Both the position numbers and the translations under genes were made by a program. 64,000 nt of DNA, taken from Hydrogenophaga sp. GTDB lineage: Bacteria; Pseudomonadota; Gammaproteobacteria; Burkholderiales; Burkholderiaceae_C. Location: assembly GCF_030373225.1 (NCBI RefSeq), contig NZ_JAUCZG010000007.1:15807-79806 (forward strand), given 5' to 3'. A model generated the notes under the pieces. That model was not told the origin of the DNA, searched no databases, and saw only the letters and a program-made list of their open reading frames with translations. Below, one piece after another: positions 41,011-51,086 of this stretch. The number at the start of each line of letters is the position of its first letter. Position 1 is the first letter of the stretch.

Positions 41011-42834
41011 TCACCAGGTGTCGATGAAGCGGGCGCCCGACGCGTCGGCCACCTTCGCTCCCGCAAGACCCTGCACCAGCCAGTGGCGCGTCAGCGCCGG
41101 ATCGATCACCGCATCGATCTCGAGGGTTGTGGCCATCTGTTCGGCCGAACCCCTGGCGTATTGCTCGGCCACCAGCCGCTGGTACAAGGCCTCGCGTTCG
41201 GGGCCGTCGGGCACGGCCTGCAGTTCCTTGCGATAGCCCAGGCGCACCGCGCCTTCCAGGCCCATGGCGCCGAATTCGCCGGTGGGCCAGGCCACCGTGA
41301 ACACCGGCCGGTGAAAGCCGCCGGCCGTCATCCCCATGGCGCCCAGGCCATAAGCCTTGCGCAACACCACGCTGAAGAACGGCACCCGCAGTTTCGCGGC
41401 CACCACGAACAGGCGGCTCACATGGCGCACCTGGGCCTGCGCTTCCGCCGCCGGTCCCACCATGAAACCCGGCGTGTCAACCAGGCTCACGACGGGCAGA
41501 CCGTGCGCATTGCACAGTTGCATGAAACGCGCGGCCTTGTCGGCTGCGTCGGCGTCGATGGCGCCGCCCAGGTGCAGCGGGTTGTTGGCCATCAGGCCCA
41601 CGGCATGGCCCTCGATGCGCGCCAGCGCGGTGTGGATGCCCGATCCGAAACCGGTGCGCAGGTCCAGCAGGCTGCCCGCATCGACCAGCCCGCGCATCAC
41701 GCCGCGGGTGTCGTAGGCGCGCAACCGGTTCTCGGGCACGGCATCGCGCAGCGCCAGCGGGTCGGGCGCGGTCCAGGCCGCCAGACGACCCTGAAAGAAC
41801 GACAGGCAGTGCCGTGCGGCCGCGACAGCCTGTGCCTCGTTGTCCACCAGCACGTCGATCACCCCGTTGGCGTGCTGCACATCGCTCGGTCCGATCTCCT
41901 CGGGGCGGTAAATCCCCAGTCCCCCGCCCTCGACCATCGCGGGCCCGCCCATGCCGATGTTGCTGCCGCGCGTGGCGATGATCACGTCGCTGCAGCCCAG
42001 CAGCGCGGCGTTGCCGGCGAAGCACCGCCCGCTCACGACGCCCAGCACCGGCACCTCGCCGCTGAGTCGGGCAAAGGCCGCAAACGTGGTCACATGCAGT
42101 CCTGCCACGATGGGCATGTCGGTGTCACCCGGCCGGCCACCGCCGCCCTCGGCGAACAGAACCACGGGCAGTTTCTGCGCCAGCGCGATGTCCAGCAGGC
42201 GATCGGTCTTCTGGTGGTTGCGCATGCCTTGCGTGCCGGCCAGCACGGTGGCGTCATAGGCCAGCACCACGGTGCGCGCCTGCCCGGGGCCGACCTGCGT
42301 CGCATTGACCGATCCGATGCCGGTGACCATGCCGTCGGCCGGCGTGTTGGCCACCAGATCCTCGGCGCTGCGCCGGGTCCGTTGTGCGGCCACCGCCAGC
42401 GCTCCGTACTCGATGAAGCTGCCGTCGTCGCACAGGTCCGCGATGTTCTCGCGGGCGGTGCGCAAACCCAGTGCATGACGGCGCGCCACCGCCTCGGGGC
42501 GGGCGGCGTCACGGGTCAGGGTGTCACGCGTCAGCATGGCCTGCAGGTCGGGCCGTGGCTCATGGCTGGCGCGCATCGGGGGTCCGGCGGGCCCGGCGTC
42601 GACGGTCGGGATGACGGCCAGGGACTCGAGGTGCAGCAGGACGTCGCCCGATCGGACCGGCTCCCCCGCCTCGAACAGCCGTTCGACCACCCGCCCGTCT
42701 GCGTCGGCACGCAACTCGTGCTCCATCTTCATGGCCTCCAGCACGACCAGCAGGTCACCACGTCGCACGGCGTCACCCGGCTCGACGAGCCATTGGACGA
42801 TCTGGGCCTGCAAGGGAGCGCGCACGGTTTTCAT
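41011..42834 (-). CDS. biotinyl-carrier domain fused to acyl-CoA carboxyltransferase domain
   Basis: The ATG at 42834 gives MKTVRAPLQAQIV...LVVLEAMKMEHEL (biotinylation motif AMKM), followed by a PccB/AccD5-like carboxyltransferase region (FAEGGGGRPGD, GRCFAGNAAL, AWPTGEFGAMG). Confidence 0.8.
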   Translation of the reverse strand: MKTVRAPLQAQIVQWLVEPGDAVRRGDLLVVLEAMKMEHELRADADGRVVERLFEAGEPVRSGDVLLHLESLAVIPTVDAGPAGPPMRASHEPRPDLQAMLTRDTLTRDAARPEAVARRHALGLRTARENIADLCDDGSFIEYGALAVAAQRTRRSAEDLVANTPADGMVTGIGSVNATQVGPGQARTVVLAYDATVLAGTQGMRNHQKTDRLLDIALAQKLPVVLFAEGGGGRPGDTDMPIVAGLHVTTFAAFARLSGEVPVLGVVSGRCFAGNAALLGCSDVIIATRGSNIGMGGPAMVEGGGLGIYRPEEIGPSDVQHANGVIDVLVDNEAQAVAAARHCLSFFQGRLAAWTAPDPLALRDAVPENRLRAYDTRGVMRGLVDAGSLLDLRTGFGSGIHTALARIEGHAVGLMANNPLHLGGAIDADAADKAARFMQLCNAHGLPVVSLVDTPGFMVGPAAEAQAQVRHVSRLFVVAAKLRVPFFSVVLRKAYGLGAMGMTAGGFHRPVFTVAWPTGEFGAMGLEGAVRLGYRKELQAVPDGPEREALYQRLVAEQYARGSAEQMATTLEIDAVIDPALTRHWLVQGLAGAKVADASGARFIDTW

Positions 42835-42896
42835 GGCGGAATTCTGCGCCGCCGGCCGCGCCGCAGCGGTCGACGGCGCGACAGCGCGGCCACCAT

Positions 42897-42926
42897 GCAA
42901 ACAGGCCCTCAAAAGGGCCTGTTTGC
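42897..42926. terminator. perfect 12-bp-stem hairpin between convergently ordered ORF ends
   Basis: gcaaacaggccc-tcaaaa-gggcctgtttgc. It lies between the small ORF stop (42945) and the carboxylase start (42834). There is no clear flanking U-tract, so its function is uncertain. Confidence 0.4.
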
Positions 42927-42944
42927 AAGGAGCGCGCGAGGGCG

Positions 42945-43304
42945 TCAGTAGATGTCGGAGTCGGCCCACTGCGACGAAGGACCGAAATCGTCGGCTGTCA
43001 CGGGCGTGTTGAGGTTCAGGACAAAGACCACTTCACCGCCGAACCGGCCCACGCCCAGGCTCTTCATGAGCTGCTGCTCCTGTTCGGGCCGCTCCATGCG
43101 CAGGAAGCAGATGGCCTGCTTGGTGCCCTCGTGCATGGCGGTGAGGATGTCAAGGCGCGTGATGCGGCCGAACTCGCTGCAGAGCTGGTGCAGCGCGGAC
43201 TTCAAGCTCGGCACATCGCTGTGTTGCCTGAGTTCTGCAAGTGTGCTCACAATGGACTCCCGAAGTTCGTTTCTGTCGTCGCATCCACGCCCTGCTGCGG
43301 ACAT
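42945..43304 (-). CDS. hypothetical small protein
   Basis: 119-aa ORF with no recognised family. A GTG at 43250 preceded by GGGAG is an alternative start (101 aa). Confidence 0.4.
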   Translation of the reverse strand: MSAAGRGCDDRNELRESIVSTLAELRQHSDVPSLKSALHQLCSEFGRITRLDILTAMHEGTKQAICFLRMERPEQEQQLMKSLGVGRFGGEVVFVLNLNTPVTADDFGPSSQWADSDIY

Positions 43305-43390
43305 GGCATCCTTGGATGGATCGCCATGGTAGAACAGAAGTAACGAAAAATCAGTGAAATGTTACAAATTGCCGGACTGGCTGCTGCTCT

Positions 43391-43406
43391 TGTGATCTTG
43401 TTCACG
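43391..43406. promoter_or_regulatory. CRP/FNR-family-like palindrome TGTGA-N6-TCACG
   Basis: tgtgatcttgttcacg lies in the A/T-richer divergent intergenic region between the small ORF and the GGDEF-EAL gene. It matches the TGTGA-N6-TCACA consensus at 9 of 10 positions. Confidence 0.3.
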
Positions 43407-43495
43407 ATCTCTGCGTGAAGCATGAACAAACGGTGTGATCGCATCGTGACAACACCCCGTCTTCCCGAACTCCCAACCCTGCGGGCCTGACCTCC

Positions 43496-46483
43496 ATGCG
43501 AAACGGATCCTCCACGCCAGACGGTGCGCTGATCAAAGAGACCGACTTCGAAGTCGCTGGCGCCTGGTCGAGTGCCAGGGACTTCACGGGCTTTCATCGG
43601 CTGGCGCAACTGGCTGCCAGGCTGGGGGAATGCGAGGCTGCCGTGGTGCTGGACACCGCGCAGTGGCCGCCCCAGGTGCTCGGCGTGCACGGCCTTGCCG
43701 GCGACACCGCCGAGGAGGCGGCCCGCTACAGCGGGCAGGCCTTCTCGCAGCGCAGCGGAGAAACCTGGGTGGACCATCGTGGCGGTCCCGGCGCATCTGC
43801 CCAGCTGCCCGACGATGACTGGAGCCCCGATTGGCGAGCGATCCAGCAGGCGCACTGGTTGCCCGTTGCGCCATCCGGCGGCCCACCGGGCCTGGCCCTG
43901 CTGCTGCTGCACAAAACGGTCCGCCAGGACAGGTCCCTGGCCGACAGCACGCTGAGCCTGTTGACGGCCCACGCGGGCGATGTGCTGGCGCTGTGGCGCC
44001 GCTGTGAAGTCAGCGAGCAGTACAACCTCAACGTGCTGCGCGAGAGCGAGAGCCGGCTCAACCTCACCGAGCACACCGCCGGTGCGGGCAGCTGGTCAAT
44101 GCAGGTGTCCACCGGTCTGGTCGCGCACTCGGACGAGTTCGCCACCATCCTGGGCCTGCCGGACCACAGCCATGTGGTCTCGATCGATTCCATGGTGCAG
44201 CGCTACAACCCGGAGTGGCGCAGCGGCATCCGCCAGCGGCTGGAGCGGTGCAGGACCAGCGGCGAGGGTTTCGACGAGGAAATCCAGATCATGGTGGAGG
44301 GCGGAACGCCGAAATGGGTGCGCACCGTGGGCACCGCGGTGCGCAACATGGACGGAGACATCCTGCGCATCCAGGGTGCGATCCAGGACATCTCGGCGCA
44401 GAAGCAGGCCCAGCAGGACACCTTGCGGCTGGCCATGCGCCTGACCACGACGCTGGCCAGCATCACCGAGGCGTTCGTGACGCTGGACCGCCAGTGCTGC
44501 TTCACCTACCTGAATCAGGAGAGCGAGCGGCTGCTGCAGAAAACCACTGCCGACCTGCTGGGCGAAGAGGTGTGGAAGGACTTCACCGGTGGGCTGGCCG
44601 AACGGCTCAAGGAGAAGCTCACCCGCTCCCTGCACACCAACCGGCGCATCGAGCTGGAAGATTTTTTCCCCACGCTGGGCAAGTGGCTGGAAGTTCGCGC
44701 CTACCCGTTCGCCGAAGGCCTGGCGGTGTATTTCCGCGACGTGACCGAACGCCGGCGCTCGCAGGAGCAGCTGATGCTGCTGGAGACCAGCGTGTCCCGG
44801 CTCAACGACATCGTGGCCATCGCCGAGACCGGCGCCAGCGCCCAGGAGCCGCGCATCGTGTTCGTCAACGACGCCTTCGAACAGCACACGGGCTACAGCC
44901 GCGCCGAGGTGCTGGGCCAGACACCGCGCATGCTGCTCGAGCTCGATCCGTCCATCGCCAAGCTGCAGGGGCTGGCCGCCGGCCTGCAACAGAACCAGCA
45001 AGCCCGCACCGAGTTGATGGTGCGGCGCAAGAACGGCGCCTTGTTCTGGGTCGAACTGGAAGTGGTGTCGGTGCAGGCCAATGCCGAGGAAGTGACCCAC
45101 TGGGTGGCGGTGGGACGCGACATCACCCAGCGCAAGACCGCCGAGGACATGATCCGCCACCTGGCCTTCTACGACGCGCTGACCGATCTGCCCAACCGCC
45201 AGCTGCTGCTCGATCGCCTGCAACAGGCGCTGGCGGCCAGCGCGCGGTCGGGCCAGCACGGCGCCCTGATGTTCATCGACCTGGACAACTTCAAGATCCT
45301 CAACGACACGCTGGGTCACCACATGGGCGACCAGTTGCTGCAGAAAGTGGCCTCCCGCCTGACCCGCAGTGTGCGCAAGAGCGACATGGTGGCGCGCCTG
45401 GGCGGCGACGAGTTCGTGGTGATGGTCGACGACCTGAGCACCGACCCCGACGCCGCCGCCTACAAGGCCCGGGCCCTGGCGGAAAAAGTCCTCAACACGC
45501 TGCGCGAGCCCTTCCAGCTCAATGGCCACCAACACTTCGCCACCCCCAGCATCGGCGTGACCTCCTTCAATGGCGACCAGAGCGACGTCGGTGAGCTGCT
45601 CAAGCAGGCCGATCTGGCGATGTACCAGGCCAAGTCGCTCGGGCGCAACACCGTGTGCTTCTTCGACCCCGGCATGCAGGCGACGGTGAGCGCCAACGCC
45701 ACCGTGAGCTCGGACCTGCGGGTCGCCCTGCGCGAGACCCAGCTGGTGGTGCACTACCAGCCGCAGGTGGACCGGGTGGGTGTGATCACGGGCGTGGAGG
45801 CGCTGGTGCGCTGGCAGCACCCGGAACGAGGCCTGGTGTATCCGGCCGACTTCATTCCGGTGGCCGAGGACACCGGCCTCATCCTGCCGCTGGGCCAGTG
45901 GGTGCTGGAGACCGCCTGCGAGCAGCTCGCCGCCTGGGCCACCCGCCCGCAGACCGCCAGCCTGAGCATCGCGGTGAACGTGAGCGTGCGGCAGTTCCGC
46001 CACCCCGATTTTGTGGACATGGTGATGGCCGCCATCCAGCGCACCGGCATCCGGCCGCACCGGCTCAAGCTGGAGCTCACCGAGAGCCTGCTGGCCGACC
46101 GCATGGAAATCACCATCGACAAGATGGGCATGCTCAAGGCGCTGGGTGTCACGCTGTCGCTGGACGACTTCGGTGTCGGTTACTCATCGCTCTCGGTCCT
46201 CAAGCGCCTGCCGCTGGACCAGCTCAAGATCGACAAGGGTTTTGTGGCCGACGTGCTGACCGACCCGAACGACGCCGCCATCTCGCGGGCCATCATCGCG
46301 CTGGCTCAAAGCCTGAGCCTTCAGGTGGTGGCCGAAGGTGTGGAGACGCAGGAGCAGCGCGACTTCCTGGCGTATCAGGGCTGCGACCAGTTCCAGGGCC
46401 ACCTGTTCTCCAAACCCCTGCCCATCGAAGCACTCGACTCCCTGTTGCAGAACCCGACCTCAGGGATGCTCGTGATGTCGTAG
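43496..46483 (+). CDS. PAS/PAC sensor-containing diguanylate cyclase/phosphodiesterase (GGDEF-EAL)
   Basis: N-terminal sensory region (GAF-like?), two or three PAS/PAC units, the GGDEF motif RLGGDEF and EAL-domain motifs (EALVRW, DDFGVGYSSL, KIDKGF). Confidence 0.9.
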   Translation: MRNGSSTPDGALIKETDFEVAGAWSSARDFTGFHRLAQLAARLGECEAAVVLDTAQWPPQVLGVHGLAGDTAEEAARYSGQAFSQRSGETWVDHRGGPGASAQLPDDDWSPDWRAIQQAHWLPVAPSGGPPGLALLLLHKTVRQDRSLADSTLSLLTAHAGDVLALWRRCEVSEQYNLNVLRESESRLNLTEHTAGAGSWSMQVSTGLVAHSDEFATILGLPDHSHVVSIDSMVQRYNPEWRSGIRQRLERCRTSGEGFDEEIQIMVEGGTPKWVRTVGTAVRNMDGDILRIQGAIQDISAQKQAQQDTLRLAMRLTTTLASITEAFVTLDRQCCFTYLNQESERLLQKTTADLLGEEVWKDFTGGLAERLKEKLTRSLHTNRRIELEDFFPTLGKWLEVRAYPFAEGLAVYFRDVTERRRSQEQLMLLETSVSRLNDIVAIAETGASAQEPRIVFVNDAFEQHTGYSRAEVLGQTPRMLLELDPSIAKLQGLAAGLQQNQQARTELMVRRKNGALFWVELEVVSVQANAEEVTHWVAVGRDITQRKTAEDMIRHLAFYDALTDLPNRQLLLDRLQQALAASARSGQHGALMFIDLDNFKILNDTLGHHMGDQLLQKVASRLTRSVRKSDMVARLGGDEFVVMVDDLSTDPDAAAYKARALAEKVLNTLREPFQLNGHQHFATPSIGVTSFNGDQSDVGELLKQADLAMYQAKSLGRNTVCFFDPGMQATVSANATVSSDLRVALRETQLVVHYQPQVDRVGVITGVEALVRWQHPERGLVYPADFIPVAEDTGLILPLGQWVLETACEQLAAWATRPQTASLSIAVNVSVRQFRHPDFVDMVMAAIQRTGIRPHRLKLELTESLLADRMEITIDKMGMLKALGVTLSLDDFGVGYSSLSVLKRLPLDQLKIDKGFVADVLTDPNDAAISRAIIALAQSLSLQVVAEGVETQEQRDFLAYQGCDQFQGHLFSKPLPIEALDSLLQNPTSGMLVMS

Positions 46484-46497
46484 CCGCGACGGGCACG

Positions 46498-46573
46498 CCG
46501 CCGGGCCGCTCCCAAGGCGGGCCCAGCCCCCTCGGGGGGCAGCGGACCTCGCGCGGCGGGGGAGCGTGGGGGC
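46498..46573 (+). repeat. REP-like intergenic repeat, family B, copy 2
   Basis: ccgccgggccgctcccaaggcgggcccagccccctcggggggcagcggacctcgcgcggcgggggagcgtgggggc is near-identical to the 34435-34504 core. Confidence 0.8.
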
Positions 46574-46579
46574 TTGTTG

Positions 46580-47938
46580 CTAAACGTGGAGCAACAGGAA
46601 GCGCCGCTCCCACGGGCTGATCACGTCGAAGAACTCGCGGTATTCGGTTTCCTTGATCGCGCTGTAGGTCTGGATGAAGTGTTCACCGAACAAGTCCACC
46701 AGGGGGGCGCAGCCCATGAGTTTTTCGATCGCGTCGTCGAGGTGGCGCGGTAACTGGTGGGGCTGCTCGTAAGCGCTGCCCTTGAGAGGATCGTTCGGCT
46801 TCAGCCCTTGCTTCATGCCCAGGTAGCCGCAAGCCAGGCTGGCCGCAATGGCCAGGTAAGGATTCACGTCCACGCCGGCCAGTCGGTTCTCGACGCGGCG
46901 GTCCTGGGGTCCCGAGTGCGGCACACGCAGTCCGCAGGTGCGGTTGTCATAGCCCCAGCTCAGGTTGATCGGCGCCGAGGTGAAGCGCGACAGCCGGCGG
47001 TAGGAATTGACATAGGGCGCAAAAAATGCGGTGGCCGCCGGCAGGTAGGTCTGCAGTCCGCCGATGTAGTGGAAGAACGCATCCGAGGGTTCGCCATCGG
47101 CCTTGCTGAAGATGTTCTGCCCACCGTCGATGGCCACCACGCTCTGGTGGATGTGCATGGCGCTGCCGGGCTGCCCCTGCATGGGCTTGGCCATGAAGGT
47201 GGCGTACATCTGGTGGCGGATCGCCACCTCGCGGATGGTGCGCTTGAACAGGAACACCTGATCGGCCAGCGGCAGCGGGTCGCCGTGGTCGATGTTGATC
47301 TCCATCTGCGCCGTGCCCATTTCGTGGATCAACGTGTCGAGCTGGATGCCCTCGGCCTCGCACCAGTCGTACATCACATCGAAGATGTCGTCGTACTCGT
47401 TGATGGCATCCATCGAAAAGCTCTGCATGCCGGCTTCGGTGCGCTTCGTGCGCCCCACCGGAGGCTTCAGCGGAATGTCCTCGTCGGGTTCGATCTGCAC
47501 CAGGTAGAACTCCATCTCGGGCGCGACGACCGGCTTCCAGCCCTCGTCGGCGTAGAGCTTGAGCACGCGGCGCAGCACGTTGCGCGGCGACAGCGCAAAC
47601 GGCGTGCCGTCGAACGCAAAGCAGTCGTGGATGATCTGCGCGGTGGGCTCCTTGGCCCAGGGCACCGGGCGCAAGGTGTTCGGGTCGGGCTTCAGGAGCA
47701 TGTCCGGGTCGGCCACCGAGGTGAAGTCTTTCTCGGGGTAGTCGCCGGTCACCGTCATGGCCAGCACCGCCTCGGGCAGGCGCAGGCCCACGGCCGGGTT
47801 GTACTTGTGGCGCGGCACGATCTTGCCGCGCGCCTGCCCCGCCATGTCGGGGATCAGGCACTCGACTTCGGTGATGCGGTGCTCGTCCAGCCACTGCTGG
47901 ATGCGTTGGGCGTCGGAGGGGTCGGTGATGTCGGCCAT
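46580..47938 (-). CDS. glutamine synthetase family protein (GlnA-like / gamma-glutamyl-amine ligase type)
   Basis: The ATG at 47938 gives MADITDPSDAQRIQQWLDEHRITEVECLIPDMAGQARGK. Catalytic-domain motifs include EMEFYL, HEMGTAQMEI, KPMQGQPGSAMHIHQS and NRTCGLRVP. Confidence 0.8.
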   Translation of the reverse strand: MADITDPSDAQRIQQWLDEHRITEVECLIPDMAGQARGKIVPRHKYNPAVGLRLPEAVLAMTVTGDYPEKDFTSVADPDMLLKPDPNTLRPVPWAKEPTAQIIHDCFAFDGTPFALSPRNVLRRVLKLYADEGWKPVVAPEMEFYLVQIEPDEDIPLKPPVGRTKRTEAGMQSFSMDAINEYDDIFDVMYDWCEAEGIQLDTLIHEMGTAQMEINIDHGDPLPLADQVFLFKRTIREVAIRHQMYATFMAKPMQGQPGSAMHIHQSVVAIDGGQNIFSKADGEPSDAFFHYIGGLQTYLPAATAFFAPYVNSYRRLSRFTSAPINLSWGYDNRTCGLRVPHSGPQDRRVENRLAGVDVNPYLAIAASLACGYLGMKQGLKPNDPLKGSAYEQPHQLPRHLDDAIEKLMGCAPLVDLFGEHFIQTYSAIKETEYREFFDVISPWERRFLLLHV

Positions 47939-48005
47939 GGGCGTGAAAGTGTTGAAACGGTGGCGCCACTGTAAGCCCGCGCCCTCCCTGCACCCGGGCC
48001 GCTTC

Positions 48006-51000
48006 TCAAGCGGTGAACAGCGCCACGTTGCCACCGGCCGCGGTGGTGTTGATCGTCAGCGTCTGCTCGGCACAGAAGCGCAGCAGGTAGTGGGGCCCGC
48101 CCGCCTTGGGTCCGGTGCCGCTGAGGCCCTCACCGCCGAACGGCTGAACGCCCACCACGGCACCGATCATGTTGCGGTTGACATAGACATTGCCCACGCG
48201 CGCCGCGCCCGCCAGGGCCAGGGCACGGCTGTCGATGCGGGTCTGGATGCCCAGCGTGAGCCCGTAGCCGAGCGCGTTGATCTGCTGCACCACCGCCATC
48301 GGGTCGCCCCCCCAGCGCACGACCTGCAGCACCGGGCCGAAGATCTCCTGCGTCACCTCGGCGATCGACGCCACCTCGAACATCTGCGGCGCGATCCCGC
48401 GAGGCAGGGCCGGCATCGCACGGCGGCCGCCCGGCAACGGCTTGGCGTCGGTGTGCAGTCGCTGCAGATGGCGCGTGATTCCATCGAACGCCTCGGCGTC
48501 GATCACCGGCCCGAGATCGGTCGCCAGATCGGCCGGGTTGCCGGTGACCAGCTCCTTCATCGCGCCGGCGATCATGTCGATCACGCCATCGGCAATGGCC
48601 TCGTGCACGCACAGCAGGCGCAAGGCCGAGCAGCGCTGGCCGGCGCTGCGAAACGCGCTTTGCACCACGGCGTCGGCCACCTGCTCGGGCAGGGCGGTGC
48701 TGTCCACCAGCATGGCATTGATGCCGCCGGTCTCGGCAATCAGCGGAACGATGGGCCCGTCGCCGGCGGCGAGCGCGCGATGGATGATCCGGGCGACCTG
48801 GGTGGAGCCGGTGAACACCACCCCGGCGATGCCCTCCTGGGCCACCAGCGACGCTCCCACGGTTTCGCCCGGGCCGTGCAACAGTTGCAGGGCGTCGGCG
48901 GGCACGCCGGCGGCGTGCAGCAGCTTCACCGCTTCGAATGCGATCGCCGGCGTCTGCTCGGCCGGTTTGGCGAGCACCGTGTTGCCGGTGGCCAGCGCGG
49001 CAGCCACCTGCCCCGTGAAGATGGCCAGCGGGAAGTTCCAGGGGCTGATGCAGACCCAGGAGCCCCGGCCTTCAAGGCGCAAGGTATTGCTCTCGCCGGT
49101 GGGCCCGGGAAGGGTCAGGGGAGCCATCACGCGCTCGGCTTCATTGGCGTAATAGCGCAGGAAGTCGATCGCCTCGCGCACCTCGGACACCGCGTCGCCC
49201 CAGCCCTTGTGCGCCTCTTTCACGAGCATGGCGCACAGGTGCGGCAACTGCTGCTGCATGGCATCGGCAGCACGTCGCAGCGTGGCGGCGCGCTCGGCCA
49301 CCGGGGTGTGGTTCCAGCCGGCAAAGGCCGCTGCCGCCCTCTCGACGCCTGCCTGCGCGTCGGCGGGCGTGGCCTCGGGCACAGTGGGCAGCACCAGCGC
49401 GGTGTGCGCCACCAGCAGCGGGGCGCGGTGGGCGGTCACAGCCAGGTCCAGGCCCTCGCTGTTCGGTCGTGTCGGTCCGTACAGAACCGTTGGCAATGGC
49501 AGCGCCGGTGTCGAGGCCTGTGTTTGCGACTGTTCCAGCGGCGAGATCAGCAGCTCGTCCAAGCCCACCGATTCGTCGGCGAGCTGGTGCACGAACGACG
49601 AGTTGGCACCGTTCTCCAGCAGACGGCGCACCAGGTAGGCCAGCAGGTCGCGGTGCGCGCCCACCGGTGCGTAGACCCGGCAGGAGACGCCCGGCTTCTT
49701 CAGCACCTCGCGGTAGATGCCCTCACCCATGCCGTGCAGGCGCTGCAGTTCAAACCTGGGCTGCGATCCGCGCAGCGGCGCAGCGTGGGACTCCGTGACC
49801 GCGGCCATCTCGAGGATGGCCGCAATGGTTGCGGCGTTGTGCGTGGCGAACTGCGGGAAGATCGCATCGGGGGCATCGAGCAGCGCCCGCGCGCAAGCCA
49901 GGTAGCTCACGTCGGTGTGCGACTTCTGGGTGAACACCGGGTAGCCGGGCAGGCCCAGCTCCTGCGCACGCTTGATTTCTGCGTCCCAGTAAGCCCCCTT
50001 GACCAAGCGGCACATGAACTTCAGGCGGTACTGCCGCGCCAGCGCCGCCACGTGTTCGACCAGATCGACAGCACGCGTCTGATAGGCCTGAAGCGCCAGG
50101 CCAAAACCCTGCCACTGGGGGCAATGTTGGGCCACCAGCCTGGCGAGCGCCTCGAACACGTCGAGCGAGAGTTCGAGCCGGTCCACCTCTTCTGCATCGA
50201 TGGTGAGATTGAGGTTGGCCGCAGCAGCGCTCTCGCACAGCAGCCAGACGCGGGGCACCAGCTCCCGCATCACGCGCTCGTGCTGGGCGTCTTCGTAGCG
50301 CGGGTGCAGCGCGCTGAGCTTGATCGAGATGCCGTCGTTCTCGCTCGGCGGGCGCTTCGGATCGGCGGTGCTCGCGATCGCGGAGATGGCGTTGTGGTAG
50401 CTGGCGAGGTAACGCAGTGCGTCATCGTGGGTGCGGGCGCCCTCGCCCAGCATGTCGAAGCTGAAACTCAGCCCCGCCTGGCGCCGGCGCGTCGACGCGG
50501 CCTCCTTCATGCCCTCCTCGATCGTCTGCCCCAGCACGAACTGGCGACCCAGCAACTGCACCGCGCGCAGCGTGGCGGCCACCACCGCCTTGGCACCCAG
50601 CCTGCTCATGAGTCCCGTCTCGTTGCCGGCTTCAGGCAGGAACTTCTTCGACATCGCGATGGCGGTGGACGACAGGCGCGCCAACGTCGAGGACTGGCCG
50701 CCAGCCCTGGCTTCAACAGACCCCCCGAGAGGGTTCAACCGCTCCCGGGTCAGCCCGCCGACCGGCTGGGCCGCGCCATCAAAATCCGCCCGGCCGAGCT
50801 GGTCGGCCGTGAGCGCGATCGCGGTTTCGGCATCGGGCACACGCAGCAGCGCCTCGGCCAGACGCATCAGGGCCAGGCCTTCGGCACTGGAAATCGGGTA
50901 CTCCTTCAGCAGGCTCTCCATGGCCCAGAACGGCGGTGGGTTCTCTCGCACCTCGCGCACCCAGGGTGCGGCGGCATCGGCAACGGCCGACCAGTCGAGC

Positions 51001-51086
51001 GCGCCCTGCAGGGCGGCCAGGCGGTGGGCCAGTACGCCGGCTTCGGGGCGATAGGGAAACGGAAGGCGGTCTGCGGTGCGGGACAT
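48006..51086 (-). CDS. putA: bifunctional proline dehydrogenase / L-glutamate gamma-semialdehyde dehydrogenase PutA (no N-terminal RHH domain)
   Basis: The ATG at 51086 follows GGAG. PRODH barrel region (LVKGAYWD), ALDH domain (FTGSTQVA, ETGGINA, GQRCSA) and a C-terminal domain. Confidence 0.9.
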   Translation of the reverse strand: MSRTADRLPFPYRPEAGVLAHRLAALQGALDWSAVADAAAPWVREVRENPPPFWAMESLLKEYPISSAEGLALMRLAEALLRVPDAETAIALTADQLGRADFDGAAQPVGGLTRERLNPLGGSVEARAGGQSSTLARLSSTAIAMSKKFLPEAGNETGLMSRLGAKAVVAATLRAVQLLGRQFVLGQTIEEGMKEAASTRRRQAGLSFSFDMLGEGARTHDDALRYLASYHNAISAIASTADPKRPPSENDGISIKLSALHPRYEDAQHERVMRELVPRVWLLCESAAAANLNLTIDAEEVDRLELSLDVFEALARLVAQHCPQWQGFGLALQAYQTRAVDLVEHVAALARQYRLKFMCRLVKGAYWDAEIKRAQELGLPGYPVFTQKSHTDVSYLACARALLDAPDAIFPQFATHNAATIAAILEMAAVTESHAAPLRGSQPRFELQRLHGMGEGIYREVLKKPGVSCRVYAPVGAHRDLLAYLVRRLLENGANSSFVHQLADESVGLDELLISPLEQSQTQASTPALPLPTVLYGPTRPNSEGLDLAVTAHRAPLLVAHTALVLPTVPEATPADAQAGVERAAAAFAGWNHTPVAERAATLRRAADAMQQQLPHLCAMLVKEAHKGWGDAVSEVREAIDFLRYYANEAERVMAPLTLPGPTGESNTLRLEGRGSWVCISPWNFPLAIFTGQVAAALATGNTVLAKPAEQTPAIAFEAVKLLHAAGVPADALQLLHGPGETVGASLVAQEGIAGVVFTGSTQVARIIHRALAAGDGPIVPLIAETGGINAMLVDSTALPEQVADAVVQSAFRSAGQRCSALRLLCVHEAIADGVIDMIAGAMKELVTGNPADLATDLGPVIDAEAFDGITRHLQRLHTDAKPLPGGRRAMPALPRGIAPQMFEVASIAEVTQEIFGPVLQVVRWGGDPMAVVQQINALGYGLTLGIQTRIDSRALALAGAARVGNVYVNRNMIGAVVGVQPFGGEGLSGTGPKAGGPHYLLRFCAEQTLTINTTAAGGNVALFTA

